Source of the DNA: the human T2T-CHM13v2.0 reference genome, Homo sapiens
Assembly (NCBI RefSeq): GCF_009914755.1
Contig: NC_060929.1
Strand: one strand, 5' to 3'
DNA length: 64,000 nucleotides
Shown here: one piece after another, positions 12,816 to 32,569 of the stretch
How positions within the stretch are numbered: position 1 is the first letter of the stretch
Layout: every line of letters starts with the position of its first letter
Made by a program: the position numbers and the translations under genes
Notes under the pieces: model-generated
The model's input: the letters and a program-made list of their open reading frames with translations, nothing else
Databases searched by the model: none
What the model was told of the DNA's origin: nothing

Positions 12816-14718
12816 TTGAAGTATATCATATTTAAATTCTCATTATTGAAAGCACTGCTTGCTTTTGAAATGGAAACTACACTATCAATGAACTCAAACA
12901 TAGAAGTTAGAAAAATGCTCAATTGTATTCATTAAATAAAATTTATTTCTCCCATTCTTGAACTGTCAGATATTCAATATTTAAAAATTAGAAAATATAG
13001 AGAAAGGGACGGAAATAAAGAGGGAGAAAAAAACCACTTTTTGTTTCAATATCTCCAAACCACCTCTGTTTATATTTTGGGATATTGCCTTCCAATCTTT
13101 CTTCTATTCACATTTAGTTTTCAGTGTGTATCCTGGCCTCATGGGAGAAATCAGAATAAATAAATTATAAGGATGTGAAAGCACCTTTTCTAGCATACTT
13201 TAAAAATAGAATAGTCATCTATTTCTGATAATTTAGGAGTCAAGACGCTTAACAAAGAAGATGAGCTTTGTTAAATCTTTGTGTATAGGATCCTCATTTT
13301 AGGACATTTAATACATCTGAATATCATTTTTGTTTCACAGTCATATAGACACAAGTAATAATAACCACTCTATTAGTGAGTGTTTAGGTATTTTCCAGTT
13401 TTTCACAAACACCAATAAGTGTCAATGTATATCACTGTAGAAAGAATGGGAAGGGACAATATGCATATAAGGGGAAATAGAAACACAGAAAGTAAGGATA
13501 AGTAAAATAATGGAGATTAATACAGTTACTGTTGATTTGACAAATGGACACCACTGAGACTATCTTGTTTTAATGTAAATGAAAGGTTTATACTAACAAA
13601 CCTCATAAGAAAAAGCAGCTACATTTACTTAAAAACATTCTTCAGTAATAAATGCCAATTCTGAGTAAGGAGGTACTTTACATCCTGGAAAATCCGATGC
13701 CCATAAGCCATGGTAGCGACAGCTGTTTACTCATGATTCACAGCCCCTGTGGCTCCTCTGAGTTCTGGCATCCCCTTCCTGACACGGGCTTATCCATGTC
13801 CTCCCATGCTCTGAGACATGTAGATATTTTTCCTCCATGTTTAGAGAGTCTAGAACTCAAACAAGAGTTCCTCAATTGTGGTTCCCCCTTTCTTTTAGTC
13901 TAGCAGAGTTAGAAAGGCCAATAGAGGCAAGCTATTCACAGAAATGTTATCAGCTATAGGTCTATTTGAAGACTTTTAAAATTTAAGAAACTGGAACAAA
14001 TAAATCCCCCAACCAAATTTTCCTAAGGTAAGAATATATCCTTGGGGATATCACCTATTTAAAACTGTATAATAGGATAAAATTATTTCTGGTTTCTCCA
14101 ATGCTTGATGTTCAGAAGCCTAAAACAAAAAAGAAACGACCTGTTTTCCAAACTTTCCATTTAAACTATTTTGGACCTTAAAAACAGTATCAACACATTC
14201 TTTAATATGGTAGGATGCTTTAGGAAGTTGGGGTAACCACAATTTGACACATCTTTAAAGAGCTATTAGGGGTTAGAGTGTGTGTCAGCTATTAGAAATT
14301 TGAAGGCAAATAAGACATAGAATTTGAGATAAGCATTCTAACTTCCTGGGAGCATACAGGAAATTGTTCTCTATACTCCTATAAAGCCAAAGTTTTTACC
14401 ATTTGATTTATTTATTATTTATTTATTTAAAGATATTTAATAAACCTCTCTGGGAAAAGAATAAAATACAAACAAAACAACTAAAGAATATGTGTAGAAG
14501 GCTGTGCCCAGAAGTTATGTATATCTAAAGAGTGGGGTAAACCTAGTTATTATGAGTCTTATGTTTATTTTTCAAGTAATAATTAATGAAATAAGTATAA
14601 ACAAAGTGACTCTTTGATTTTTTTGAGTTTCTTATAAATCACATTTTAGAAAAATATTTTGTTTTTAGCATATAGAAATGTTGTTTATAACACATGATCC
14701 CAAATTTCCCTTGTCTAC

Positions 14719-14824
14719 CTGCAGCAAATTTGACTCCAAACCACCAGGTCCACGGCATGATGGTATGATGGAATACATGAAGGAAAGTCACTTGGCTATT
14801 TTTCTTGCGCAGAACAAAAAAGAT
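14719..14824 (-). CDS. ELOVL7: ELOVL7 coding exon 5 (106 nt): [35 protein letters not shown]+G
   Basis: Catalytic HxxHH box (HVFHH); acceptor TTTCAG|, donor CAG|GTAGAC. Confidence 0.97.
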
Positions 14825-15844
14825 CTGAAATAATTTAAAGAATATCAAGTTCACAGAAAATCATTTGATAGTGTATTGAGTATTATAAAAAATATTGGCA
14901 AAGTGCAAAGTATTTCATATCATAATTTCCTCTAAAAGTGTTGCCTTATAGAATGCTTACAGAAGCAGCTAATTCCCCAAGGGGCAGCTCAAATCTAATT
15001 ATTATGAAGTAACTTAGGTACGACGCCTATACATGGAAACACCAATAAAAAGGCAAAAAGAAACTTTATGTAGATTTAAAAATCAAAGATATAAAGTAAG
15101 GAATATGGCCAAAATTATTGAAAGAAATTGTATTGATAAAAAAAAATTCCCCTGGATTTTGAAGTGTATGGGAAAGCAGAAGACTTATGATTGAAATATT
15201 CTACATTGCTTTCTAATACATCTTACTGATATGGATAAGGGATTAGGCAAACGAAGAGGACTTGCAACAAATCAAAAGTTAGGAAATTATTATTAAAGAA
15301 AAATGAAGGGAGAAAAAGTTGAAAAGTTAATTTGAGAAATATGAGGGAAAAGAAAGCAAAACTGCATAGAAAAAAAATGAGAAGGCGAAGGAAGGTAACA
15401 CTCAGAGTGAACGTTATCCAGTGGTTTGTAAAAACCCTGTCAACAAAATGGTAGAATTTGGGAGAGGGGGAAATTTTCAAAAAATATTCCAAAGTGAAAT
15501 TAAGAATACGAGTGTTAAGATTTTTAAATACAAGACTAAACAGAATAGCACAAAGAAAAGTATTAAGAGTATTTGAGCAATGTAGTTTAGGGAAGGACAC
15601 AGAAGCAGTGCAGTTTCCTTACGGAAGCTGGAACTGAGAACATGCAAAGCAACTGAGAATATGGAAATTTTGCACATTTCCAAGTGCAAAATGCGTTTGC
15701 TTACGCACATGGAAGAAGGCTGAGTGGTGCAACAGAAAAAGCCATACACTAACACTCTGGGTCCTAGTCCCACTTAGTAGCAGCATTCCTCTGGGTAAGT
15801 CATTTAACTCCTTGGCTTCAATTTCTCAGAGTGAAGGTTCTGGA

Positions 15845-16216
15845 CTAATGCTTCTCAACCCTGGATGCATATTACAATATCCAAGAAGCTTTTTAAAAAT
15901 AGCTATGCTTGGTCTCTGTTCCAGACCATATGGCACCAAATCTCTGGAGGTAGGGCTTGTTTTTGTCGTCGTTGTTTTCCCTAATGCAATTAATTCTATT
16001 GCACAATGTGGGCTGGAACCACCAGAATACAGGCTCTCAAAACATGGTCCCTGGACCAATAAGTATTAGCATCATCTGAGAACTTGTTAGAAATGCAAAT
16101 TTTGAGCCCCATCCAAGGCCTAGTGAATCAGAAACTCTGGGGGTGGGGGTCGAGGCAGCTGTGTTTTAACAAGTCTCAGGTGATTCTAAATGCATGTTAA
16201 AGTTCGAGAACCACTG
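15845..16216. mobile_element. MER5A-type hAT fragments (two adjacent)
   Basis: CTTGTTAGAAATGCAAATT...GAATCAGAAACTCTGGGGGTGGGG...GAGAACCACTG. Confidence 0.65.
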
Positions 16217-16997
16217 GATTGTATGTTCACACAAGTCCTTTCCAATTCTAACATTATGTGATTAGTCATTTCAAAAGGTGAAGCATATTGAGATTTCCTA
16301 CAAGAAATATCATGGTATGCATTCCAAAGAAAACACACTTTTCAGTCTGAGCCAAAACTAGCTCCAAATAACTAAGATACACTTGCTGCAAAGATACAAC
16401 AAATATTCAGCTTTCCTAAGCTCCTCTGGAAACAAAGGTTCATGGCTTTCTCCTCTAAATCACAGACGCTAATTTGTGACACGTGCTTCTCCCAAGACCC
16501 GGTCATCCAAGTTCAGAGGCGATCCTCACTAGGATCTGAAGTAGGAAGAGATAGGGCCCAGTAAGCACAGACTTCAGAAAAGCAGCTGAATTACCGACAG
16601 CCCAGGGGTAATGCAACATTCTCGTGAAAGTTTATTCATCCTCCTAAAGGAATATGGATGACTGTGCTTTGGGATAAAAAAACAAACAAACAAAGGTAAG
16701 ATGTTTTCTGCTTTTTACTTCCTGAACTTGATTCATAAAACAACTGTCATCCATCTATATAAAGATGCAGTTTTGGAGTATATGACACAGTCACCATGCT
16801 TATCATAATCAACTGATAGCTATGTAACAGAAACTTTATAGAGTTTGCAAAATACTGAAAAAATAAGGTTATCCTATCTATTCTCTAAAGTTACTGATAA
16901 TAAAAGGTAAAAAAGATAACAGTAGGTCTGCCTGAATAGGAGAAATAACCAAAGTTATCAGACAACTGAAACTACAGCAGTTTATTGGTTTCACTGA

Positions 16998-17039
16998 AAG
17001 ATCAAACATTTAAGATCAAACATTTAAGATCAAACATTT
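16998..17039 (+). repeat. Perfect tandem repeat (AAGATCAAACATTT)x3
   Basis: Directly visible, about 26 nt into the intron from the exon donor at 17065. Confidence 0.95.
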
Positions 17040-17065
17040 ACCAAATGTGGTGGCCATATACTCAC

Positions 17066-17122
17066 CGTATCTAATAGCTCAATAAATTTGGAGAAGTAAT
17101 AAAGCCAGCAGGTACGTGCCAT
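17066..17122 (-). CDS. ELOVL7: ELOVL7 coding exon 4 (57 nt): MARTCWLYYFSKFIELLDT
   Basis: ELO-family KxxExxDT motif; acceptor TTCTGCAG|, donor ACG|GTGAGT. Confidence 0.97.
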
Positions 17123-17179
17123 CTGCAGAAGCACAAATAAATCTAAATTTATTTTGTATATGGAAGAAAAGCTTATATT

Positions 17180-18080
<901 letters not shown>

Positions 18081-18314
18081 TGAATTTATTTTTAAATCCA
18101 AGAAATTAAAAAAGAAAAGCACCAATTTTCATTTTATAGAAAATTATACATGTGATTTTTTTTATTCTTGTAATTGTTCACTTTCTCCACCACAACACAC
18201 ACAATCTGATAACTGAGTCATCTGCTTATTCTAAGTTTACGTTCAGTGTTACAAACAGTTCACAAAATTTTAACATTGATTTTGAATTTCAAGTTTTTCC
18301 AAAGAGAAACTTAC

Positions 18315-18395
18315 CCTCAAAGCTGTGGGTGACCGTGAATAGTCAACAATGTCACATCGAAATGAATAACCTATACCCCAGCCAGACATCACAAA
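18315..18395 (-). CDS. ELOVL7: ELOVL7 coding exon 3 (81 nt): FVMSGWGIGYSFRCDIVDYSRSPTALR
   Basis: Manual translation; acceptor CTCTTGCAG|, donor AGG|GTAAGT. Confidence 0.97.
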
Positions 18396-20259
18396 CTGCA
18401 AGAGAGCACATGCATATTAAGAAAGGAAAGCATTTTCCCAACAGCCACAACAAAGGTAGTTTTGATAGTGTCTCTTCATTACATTTTCAGCTAAGTCAAT
18501 AGTCAGTGCAGAGGAAAAGGTAGCTGGAACAAATACAAAATGAACATGCTTGATATCAAAGCTTGATATCAAGAATTTTCAAAACCACAAACTCATATAT
18601 TATTTATATAAACTGTGCTCTGACTAAAATGCTCATCTCTTGGGATGATTATTCTAATATGGTGAAGAATAAAACACTTGGAGTGTTTTGCTTAAACAGC
18701 AAATACTGGTAGGTGACTTATCTTAGGTTCATCTATGTATGTGTGAGTGAATGTGTTTGTGTACTCTTAAAGGGAACACTTGGATCTGAATCAGTCATTT
18801 CTAGCAATTTCCAGTCTTTCTACTTAGTCAATAACTAAACATGCAAACCAAAATGCCTCAATGTACTCATAAGATAGCTGCGACAACTGGGCTTTTCCCA
18901 TCATTGGCTGGTGAGTGTGATGTGAGGTGGTAGTCCATGGCTCAGATATTATTAATAGTTTTACTGTGGATTCACAAGACAAGTAAAAGAGGAAAATGCT
19001 CGTTAACAATAAAAGTGCAATCTGGCAGGCCTTAATTCCAACACACCCACAAAGTGATCCAAGGCTGATGTGACAAGAAAGAGCCTATTGTTGATAAATC
19101 TGAAGTGTAATTCAAAGATTATAAAGATTATACTGACATTCTTTCAGTCTGATGGTGGGAAGGTCTTCTTTTAAAACAGTATCTGAAAAGGAAAAGCCAA
19201 GGGCTCTGATTTTAACTTAACACATATATGAAATTGTTGGCTTAATTTAGGGCACTGACAATATGATCAGTTCTTCTCATACATGCCAAATACCCCCTGG
19301 GAGATCTTCTCTCTCAGTATAATGGTTATATCCTTTTCTGCCATTGAACCATATTTTAAATTTCTAGTTTTAATTACTATTAAAGCTAAAATTAGAACTT
19401 TACAATTAATTAAATTCTAAAAACAAAAGCTTATGAGGCATTGTCAGAATAATATTCTGATTGTGTAAAGAAAAGAAACAAAGGAGAAGAACAATTATTA
19501 GACACTATAGTATTATAAAATGCAACATTCTTTTCTGAGACTAGCCTCTAGCTTGACTTATAAGATAACTTAATCACACTGTTAACTTGGTAAGTTATAA
19601 AATCTTGAAAATTAAGACTCAGAAAAGCACAAGATATTTCACGAATGAGAAAAATAGTTAACAACAACAAATCAATAGATTTTGCCAAATGAATAAGGGC
19701 ACGTGACATAGAAATGGCTAATTCTGTTTTATAAAATCCTACTGTCAGTGAGTGTCCTCATATTCTCTTGTGCTCAGACTCATTTTTGACTAATGTAACG
19801 CTCTGTGGCCAGGAGCTATTTACTGGAATTGTGATGAATAATTCTCCACCTTACCCTACCCCAAACAAGCACTGTGTCGAATGAAAGTTGTGAGACTTGG
19901 CCTTCTGTTGGGTCTTAAGTGGTCTCTGCTAGTGTCTGACTGCTGCCAAGTAACTAGCACTTTCAAACAATCACTACACAAGAAGGCATCTGAGTTTCTT
20001 GAGTCTGATGTCCTTCCCTTTCAACTTCTTCAGATTTGGCCTAACATCATTGGTAGAGGTGTTTGCTTTGTAAACCAAATGAAATCATACTCCATACAAT
20101 AAACCATGTGTTCGGATGTGCCATCAACAGATGGATGGCATGCTGTGTGGCTATCAAAAGCCTTTGTTTAAATAGAGTAGAAAGTTTAAGAACATTCCAA
20201 CAGCTTGTGGAACTTTTTACATATATGTCTATATTCCAGGCTAGTAATAAGAAAAATTA

Positions 20260-20574
<315 letters not shown>

Positions 20575-21201
20575 TCAGAAAGTAATAATTTATATTTGGC
20601 AGGTAGTTCCTGAAACTGACACATAAGTAACTCAAGTATTAGCAGTAAATGAGAGTCAGAAACTCTCAAATTCAGATATTTTAAAATCTTCTTTTACATT
20701 GTAATTGATCAAGTAGGAATCAAAGCTGACTGGCGATGACTGGATTCTTTCCAAGCCTGAGAAATATATTTGGGTACATTACACTCAATGACAAATCAGA
20801 CATAGACCCTAAGAATATGAGAGCAAGGAGGGATCTGAGAGACTATTTGGTTCAATCCTATCTTTATAAAACGAGAGAACTGAGGCCCAGAGAGGTTAAA
20901 TAACTTGCTAAAATTCAGGCAGCCAGTCAGTGGCAGAAGCAGAACTAACTAGTTCCTAATCTCCTGGCTTCCAGGTATGTTCTTAACACCTTACTACAAC
21001 ATGCTGTCCCCTAAGACCATGCTAGGACCTTGTGTTTTCTTTGCTCCCATCTCTATCACTCTTTTCCTCTCAGTTGCTCATACTCCTGAAGGGACATTAA
21101 GAGTGGCCTGTGAGTTAATTTTCAAAATAAAATAGAAGAAATGGAAAGCAGCAGAGTGAGTCCAGACTATAGGGAGGACTGTGAGAAATAAGGCCAGAGT
21201 A

Positions 21202-21495
21202 TTTTTTTTATTTTTATTTTTTGAGACAGGGTCTTGCTCCGTCACTAGACATGATCACGGCTCATTGCAGCCTTGACCTCCCAGGCTCAAGTGATCCTCT
21301 CACCTCAGCCTCCCAAGCAGCTGGGACCACGGGCGTGCACCGCCACGCCTGGCTAATTTTTTTGTATTTTTTGTAGACACAAGGTCTCCCTATGTTGTCC
21401 AGGCTGGTCTCAAACTCCTGGGCCCAAGCAATCCTCTTACTTCAGCCTACCAAAGTGCTGGGATTACAGGTGTAGGCCACCACACCTGGCCAGCC
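21202..21495 (-). mobile_element. AluJ
   Basis: Reverse Alu with internal deletion. Confidence 0.92.
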
Positions 21496-22394
21496 ACAGT
21501 AGATTTAAAGTGATCGATATGATGGATCTGTAGCAAGAGTCAGGTCAGAATGCATGTGGAGAAACTATGGTGCCAGGAGAGGTCAGTGGGCCCATATTGG
21601 GCCCTCGTGAGCCCTACTTATGATTAAGCACCAGTTATGCTATAGAGGAAGTTAATAAAAAAGGATAATGAAGCCAGCCAGAGTTGGAAAAGAAGGAAGG
21701 AATCTCAGAAAAGAACATACATGGGGGTGGCTGAGGCATGTTAATAGCACAGGGGAAGAGAGAGAATTCGTGAATCTGTTTTAGGGTCCTGGAAGAGCCC
21801 CATCTCTCTTATTAACAATTAAGGGACAGTAATGAATTAATGAGTTAATGGGAAAAAAATTAAGGAACAGGCTCCCTCACCTACTGCTTTATATGAGTCT
21901 ATGCTCTCTGTCCCCACAAAGCCCAGCTAAACTAACCAAAACAGTCTACCATCCCATAGTTCATCAGAGTATCCAGAAACCAAAGGTGCCTACCATGATG
22001 ATGACAACTTTTTACTGAGTCAAGATGAACTCTGATGTCAGACAGACCTGGGTTCAAATATCAGCCCTCCACTTACCAGCTATGTTACTTTAAGAGTTTC
22101 CTCAAAACTAAAATTTATGGATTAATTCAATAATCCATTAAGGCAATTATGTACAAATCCATGGAATAGATGTTAGTTTTTCTCATTATCTGTGAGACAG
22201 ATTATACTGAGATCCTCAAATGAGTTTATTATTTGGTCTATACCTAACACTATTTTGGCAAATACCTGCTCTAGTGAGATCAGTTTCTTAATTCCTTAAA
22301 TTGCAAAGTTTACCCTTATAACAGAAAACATAATGACACATAAACAGAAAAACTCAGGCAAAATTCTCCCATTAGGAATACTGAAGACACTTGC

Positions 22395-22585
22395 CTCATA
22401 ACACATATACACAGAAAAGAGTACTATGAAAAAATTGTACGTTATCATTGCTTTCTTGAGTTCAAAGGGCTTGCGATTTTCCATGAGCTTTGGTCCCAAG
22501 GAAGTGACAAAATAGACATAGAATCCTAGGAGGATGGTTTGTGGCAGAGGCGAGGACATGAGGAGCCAATCTTCAACTCTTGGAT
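22395..22585 (-). CDS. ELOVL7: ELOVL7 coding exon 2 (191 nt): DPRVEDWLLMSSPLPQT...VYMCYE
   Basis: Inside ORF 22296..22613; acceptor CTCTTAG|; donor is non-canonical GAG|GCAAGT; phase matches both neighbouring exons. Confidence 0.97.
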
Positions 22586-22809
22586 CTAAGAGAAAAACAA
22601 TATGTGAGTACACACCTGCTTAGCCAAGGGGTAACTAACAGCAACCAACATTTCTTTAACTGAGCACCCAGATCCTACTATTAACTGTGAGCTATTTGGG
22701 CAGTGATCACTAGTATCTTTAGAAAGGTGAAAAAGAAATCAACAGGAATAAGGAAGTATCCTGGGGCTAGAAACAGTGGGAGAGGAGCTGTATTATGCAC
22801 TGATCGCCT

Positions 22810-23052
22810 GCATGATGGTATTAGTGCCCTTATAAAAGGCACCCCAGGGAGCTCTCCTGCCCTCTTTCCCCATGTAAGGATACAATGAGAAGATGGCAGT
22901 CTGCAACCTGGAAGAGGGTCCTCACTAGTACCCGACCGTGCTGGCACCCTGATCTCAGACTTCCACCCTCTGAATGTGAGAAATAAATTTCCACTGCTTA
23001 TAAACTACCCAGTCTATGATAATTTCTTAAGCATCCTGAGTATGCTAAGACA
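22810..23052 (+). mobile_element. MLT1A-like LTR fragment
   Basis: ATTAGTGCCCTTATAAAAG...GTGAGAAATAAATTTC...CTAAGACA. Confidence 0.75.
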
Positions 23053-24540
23053 AGTTTTGACTGTCAGTTGAGGGATTCAGCCAGCCCAAGACAATTCTGT
23101 AAGTATGGCGCCAGAGGAATAGATACCCCAACTCCACTCTCCTCCCTCTCTCCACTGGCTGAATCTAACCAGAAAGCATACGGCAGGGGAGCAAACCCAA
23201 GGATACAGTCTTCATGGATCGTTCTCCAGGGCCCAGCACAGGGTGCAAAGCTATCTGGAAGAGAGAACACCCAGCAACATCCCACCATGTGTCTATAGTC
23301 ATTATTAATATCTTGGAGTTTTTCCATCCATACATGCTTTTATATATTAAAAAAAGTTTGTGTTTGCTGCTTAATTTTTTTCCTTCCCCAGGAAAACTGG
23401 CACACTTCCACATATACTGTATCACAGGATCACAGAATAGAAAGGCTGAACATCCTCTAAGTAGCTAAAGTATGGGATTTTGGAGTCCATGTGAGCTAAC
23501 AACTGTGATATTCTGAGCAAAAAAAATGCACGGTCTCACAATTGCAAACAAAAACTTATCTGCTTACTGCCAGCTCCAGGCCAGCAGAGATGGATGAATA
23601 AAAAATTACAACTCAGGATGAAATGTGATTAAGTCTATAATTTCTAGTAGTTCAGGTTTAATTTTACTAAATGGCCTCATGAAGCTAGAGTATTATGAAG
23701 GAAAGGAAGTAAGGACAAGTTCCCAGAAGGACCTGACTCAAAATTATGCCATGACTAACCTCAGGATGCTAACTACTGTCACTTTTATCAATTGGAAAAG
23801 AAGGGTAGGGAGAATGTAGCTCTTGCTCTTTTAAGCTGCTAATGATGTGGCCAAGCACTGACAAATTCTGAATACCCCTGCAAGTGTGACTTCCCACTCA
23901 AAATTTCTTCAGTAGGACTCTATGACTGATAACTCACTTGGCCTCAATTTTAGTGCTGGAGTGCTTACATTTGACTATCAGATGTGCATGGGTGATTATT
24001 CTGCATTCAAATAAGCCTCCCTCAAAAATACTGGCAGAGGCCCCTCTCAAAAAAAATAAAGAAATAAAGCCAAAGAGTCAAGAGTCAGCTCCAGACTAGA
24101 TCCCAGGACATTTAAGAATTTAATATATGATTAAGGAAGTCCCAGAAACAAGCAGGGAAGGAAGAGATCTTCAACAAATGTTGATAGGAAAACTGACTGC
24201 TTGGGAGAAAAATGAGTTTGTTTCTTATCTTATATCCTATACAAACAAGAATATTCCAAACTATGCATGGAAACAAGCTATTTAAAGACTTTCCACAAAG
24301 AATTGGGGAATACTGGAATGCTGGGTTAAACAAACAGGTTGCATTACTGCAGGATTTCTTAATGCTTCATGTTCATCATGAATTGCCACGATGGGAATGG
24401 CAGTATGCCATATTCTCCAAACGTATTTGGCCAAAAAACACTATTTTTTTTGTAGAATGTTATTTAACATCTTATGAAACTAATGTTCTGTGGAACACTA
24501 AAATAAATTTATAAATTAAATGACTGAAGAGTAGGTGGTC

Positions 24541-27370
<2,830 letters not shown>

Positions 27371-27504
27371 AAAAACAGGTAGTGATAGTGACAGATAAAT
27401 AGGAGATTATTTTGAAATACAGTAAGGAAGAAGAAAATATAAAAATTTATAATTGGTTAAACACAGGGAATGGAAATAGGTAAATGTTAAGAAAAATATT
27501 CAGA

Positions 27505-27890
27505 TTTCTCACTTATATGTGGGATGTAAGAATCAAAACAATTAAGTCCATGGAGATAGAGTAGAAGGGTGGTTGCCAGAGGCTAGGAAGGGTACTAGGG
27601 GGGTTGGGGGGGAGGTGGGAATAGCTAATGGGTACAAAGAAAATAGAATGAATAAGACCTAGTATTTGGTGGCACGACAGGCTGACTTATAGTCAATAAT
27701 AATTTAAATGTATGTTTTAAAATATAATTGGATTATTTGTAACCCAAAGGATAAATGCTTGAGGGGATGGATACCCCCATTTTACATGATATAATTATTA
27801 CATATTGCATGCCTGTATCAAAACATCTTATGTATTCCATAAATATATACACCTACTATTTACCCGCAAAAATTAAAAAAAAAATTTTTA
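27505..27890 (+). mobile_element. L1MA-type 3' end
   Basis: Typical L1MA 3'UTR (GGATGGATACCCCCATTTTACATGAT...CCCGCAAAAATTAAAAA). Confidence 0.75.
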
Positions 27891-28845
27891 AAAGAAAAAT
27901 ACTCAGATCTTTAAATTCACTTAGATTGGGAACACAGGATTAGGAGCAATATTGGTCAAGCAGAGGTGGCTTATGTTTTAAAACATCTTACACTTAGACT
28001 GCCTTTAAAACATTCATATGAAGTCTTTCATAAGCAGCTGGATATATGGATCTAGAATTAGGAGAGAGATCTGTGCCAGAGATATAAGATTGAGGGTTGC
28101 CATCACATAAATGATGAACAATAAAAGCAGTGAGATTGGCTTAGGCTAAGTGGGTACAGTAAGGAGAGTAAGTGCTGAAGTCAGGATCCTGAGGACTCAG
28201 CATTCACAGAAGGAATTACTGAAGGAAAAAACATAAAAACCAAAAAGGAACAGCTAGAGAAGTAGAGGGAAAACCATAAAAGTGAGATATCCTGAAGCCA
28301 GGGAAGAGTGGATTTTCGGAAGGAGTCAAAGCATTAAGTGTGGCAGAAAGGGGAAATAAAATGGGGACAGAAAAATGCCACTACATTTAACAAAAGGACG
28401 TCTCTGATGCTCTCAGCAGAATAATTTTAACAAGGTGTCATGCACAAAATAGAAATTAAACAAAAGTTTGATGACAGACACTTTTCAAAACATAAAGTTC
28501 TATAATTTCGGAAGTATTTTCTCATATTAAGATTTGTCACAGTTCTAAATCAGGAAAAACTTTGAAATCAGCTACCCAGGTACACATCACTGAAATCTTT
28601 TACTGCTTCTATTGGTTCCCCTCCTTGCTTTTAACAATGGCAAGCTTTCTAGGATGTCTCGTTGTTTTGTGCAATTAAAACCACCACAAGGAAGGCTTGC
28701 TATGGGTCTGTATGTCACAAAGGAAGTCTCCATAAATAAAAGTTGTCACAGAACCAGGGACCAAGGGAAAAAATTAGAACTGATCAAACTTTGATAGATT
28801 TCTTCTATAAGTGGGTAGTGCAAACCTTAAATACATGAACATCAT

Positions 28846-31361
<2,516 letters not shown>

Positions 31362-31420
31362 CATATTACTATGTCTAGTTGTTATTGCTAATGAAATAAA
31401 AAACTAATGAAAACAATACT

Positions 31421-31718
31421 GGCCAGGCGCCATGGCTCACACCTGTAATCCCAGCACTTTGGGAGGCCAAGGCAGGTGATCGCTTGAGGTCAGGAGTTTG
31501 AGACCAGCCTGGCCAACATGGTGAAACCCTGTCTCTACGAAAAATACAAAAATTAGCTAGGCATAGTGGCGCACGCCTGTAATCACAGCTATCTGGGAGA
31601 CTGAGGCATGAGAAGAGCCTGAACCCGGGAGGTGGAGGTTGCAGTGAACCGGAGATCATGCCATTGCACTCCAGCCTGGGCAACAGAGTAAGACCCTGTC
31701 TCAGAAAAAAAAAAAAAA
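31421..31718 (+). mobile_element. AluS
   Basis: Full dimer with A-tail. Confidence 0.95.
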
Positions 31719-32569
31719 GGAAAGAAAAACAAAATACCAAAAGAAGACCTCTGGAAGGATGTTACATCACCACCTTTGCATGGTGGGAGTTTAGTTGACT
31801 TTTGTTTTTTCTTTTGCTTTATAAACAATTTCAAATGATTCTATTATTAACAGTCATCACACATATGGTTAGAAACGAGCTTAAATGTCAGTAAAAGAAT
31901 TGCTGAATGAGAGATATATTTTATTTTATTCTTTCATTGACTCAGGAGGGGGAAAAATCAAATGACATCATTTCTCTGTTCTTCCTCTGGTAGCAGTAGA
32001 AAGAAAACAAGCCAGGAAAAGCATGCTGGGCTGGCTCAGGAAGCAGAATAAAATAATTTTAAAATAAATAATTTTTTCCCGTAATTTAATATTTTCAGCA
32101 CACACCTTAAGTCCTGTACGTGACTTTCAAGTTCTACAGATAAAAAATAATTATGGGAAACACTGGTTAATTTAATTGGATGTTATCTTCAAAGCAAATA
32201 ATAAAACAAAATACCAAGCTTTAGAAATTCTATTTCAGCAAAACTCTGGAGTCAGACAGTCTGCATTCTGATCCTGGTTCTCCCACTGGCTCGCTATGTC
32301 ACCTTGGGCAATTGACTCACCTTCTCTGTATTTAGTTTCCTCATCTGCAAATTGGGCATTAAAAGGCATGTATTTCATAGAGGATTGATTGAGTTACTAT
32401 ATGTAAAGAGCCTAAGTGCTCAATAAGCTTGCTACTGTTATTATAGCAGATCTCAATTCTGTTAGCACAGCCAAATTGACTCTGCAGTATTTAAAAGTCA
32501 AATTGCAAAAAACAACCTTGGTCCAATTGAATCAGAATCCTAGGACACGGTTTCTATGCATCCATTTTT

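Noticed and set aside
21588-21604. Short palindromes (GGGCCCA-TAT-TGGGCCC; also ATGGATTA-N6-TAATCCAT near 22117)
   Set aside because: 7-8 bp stems are expected by chance in 64 kb
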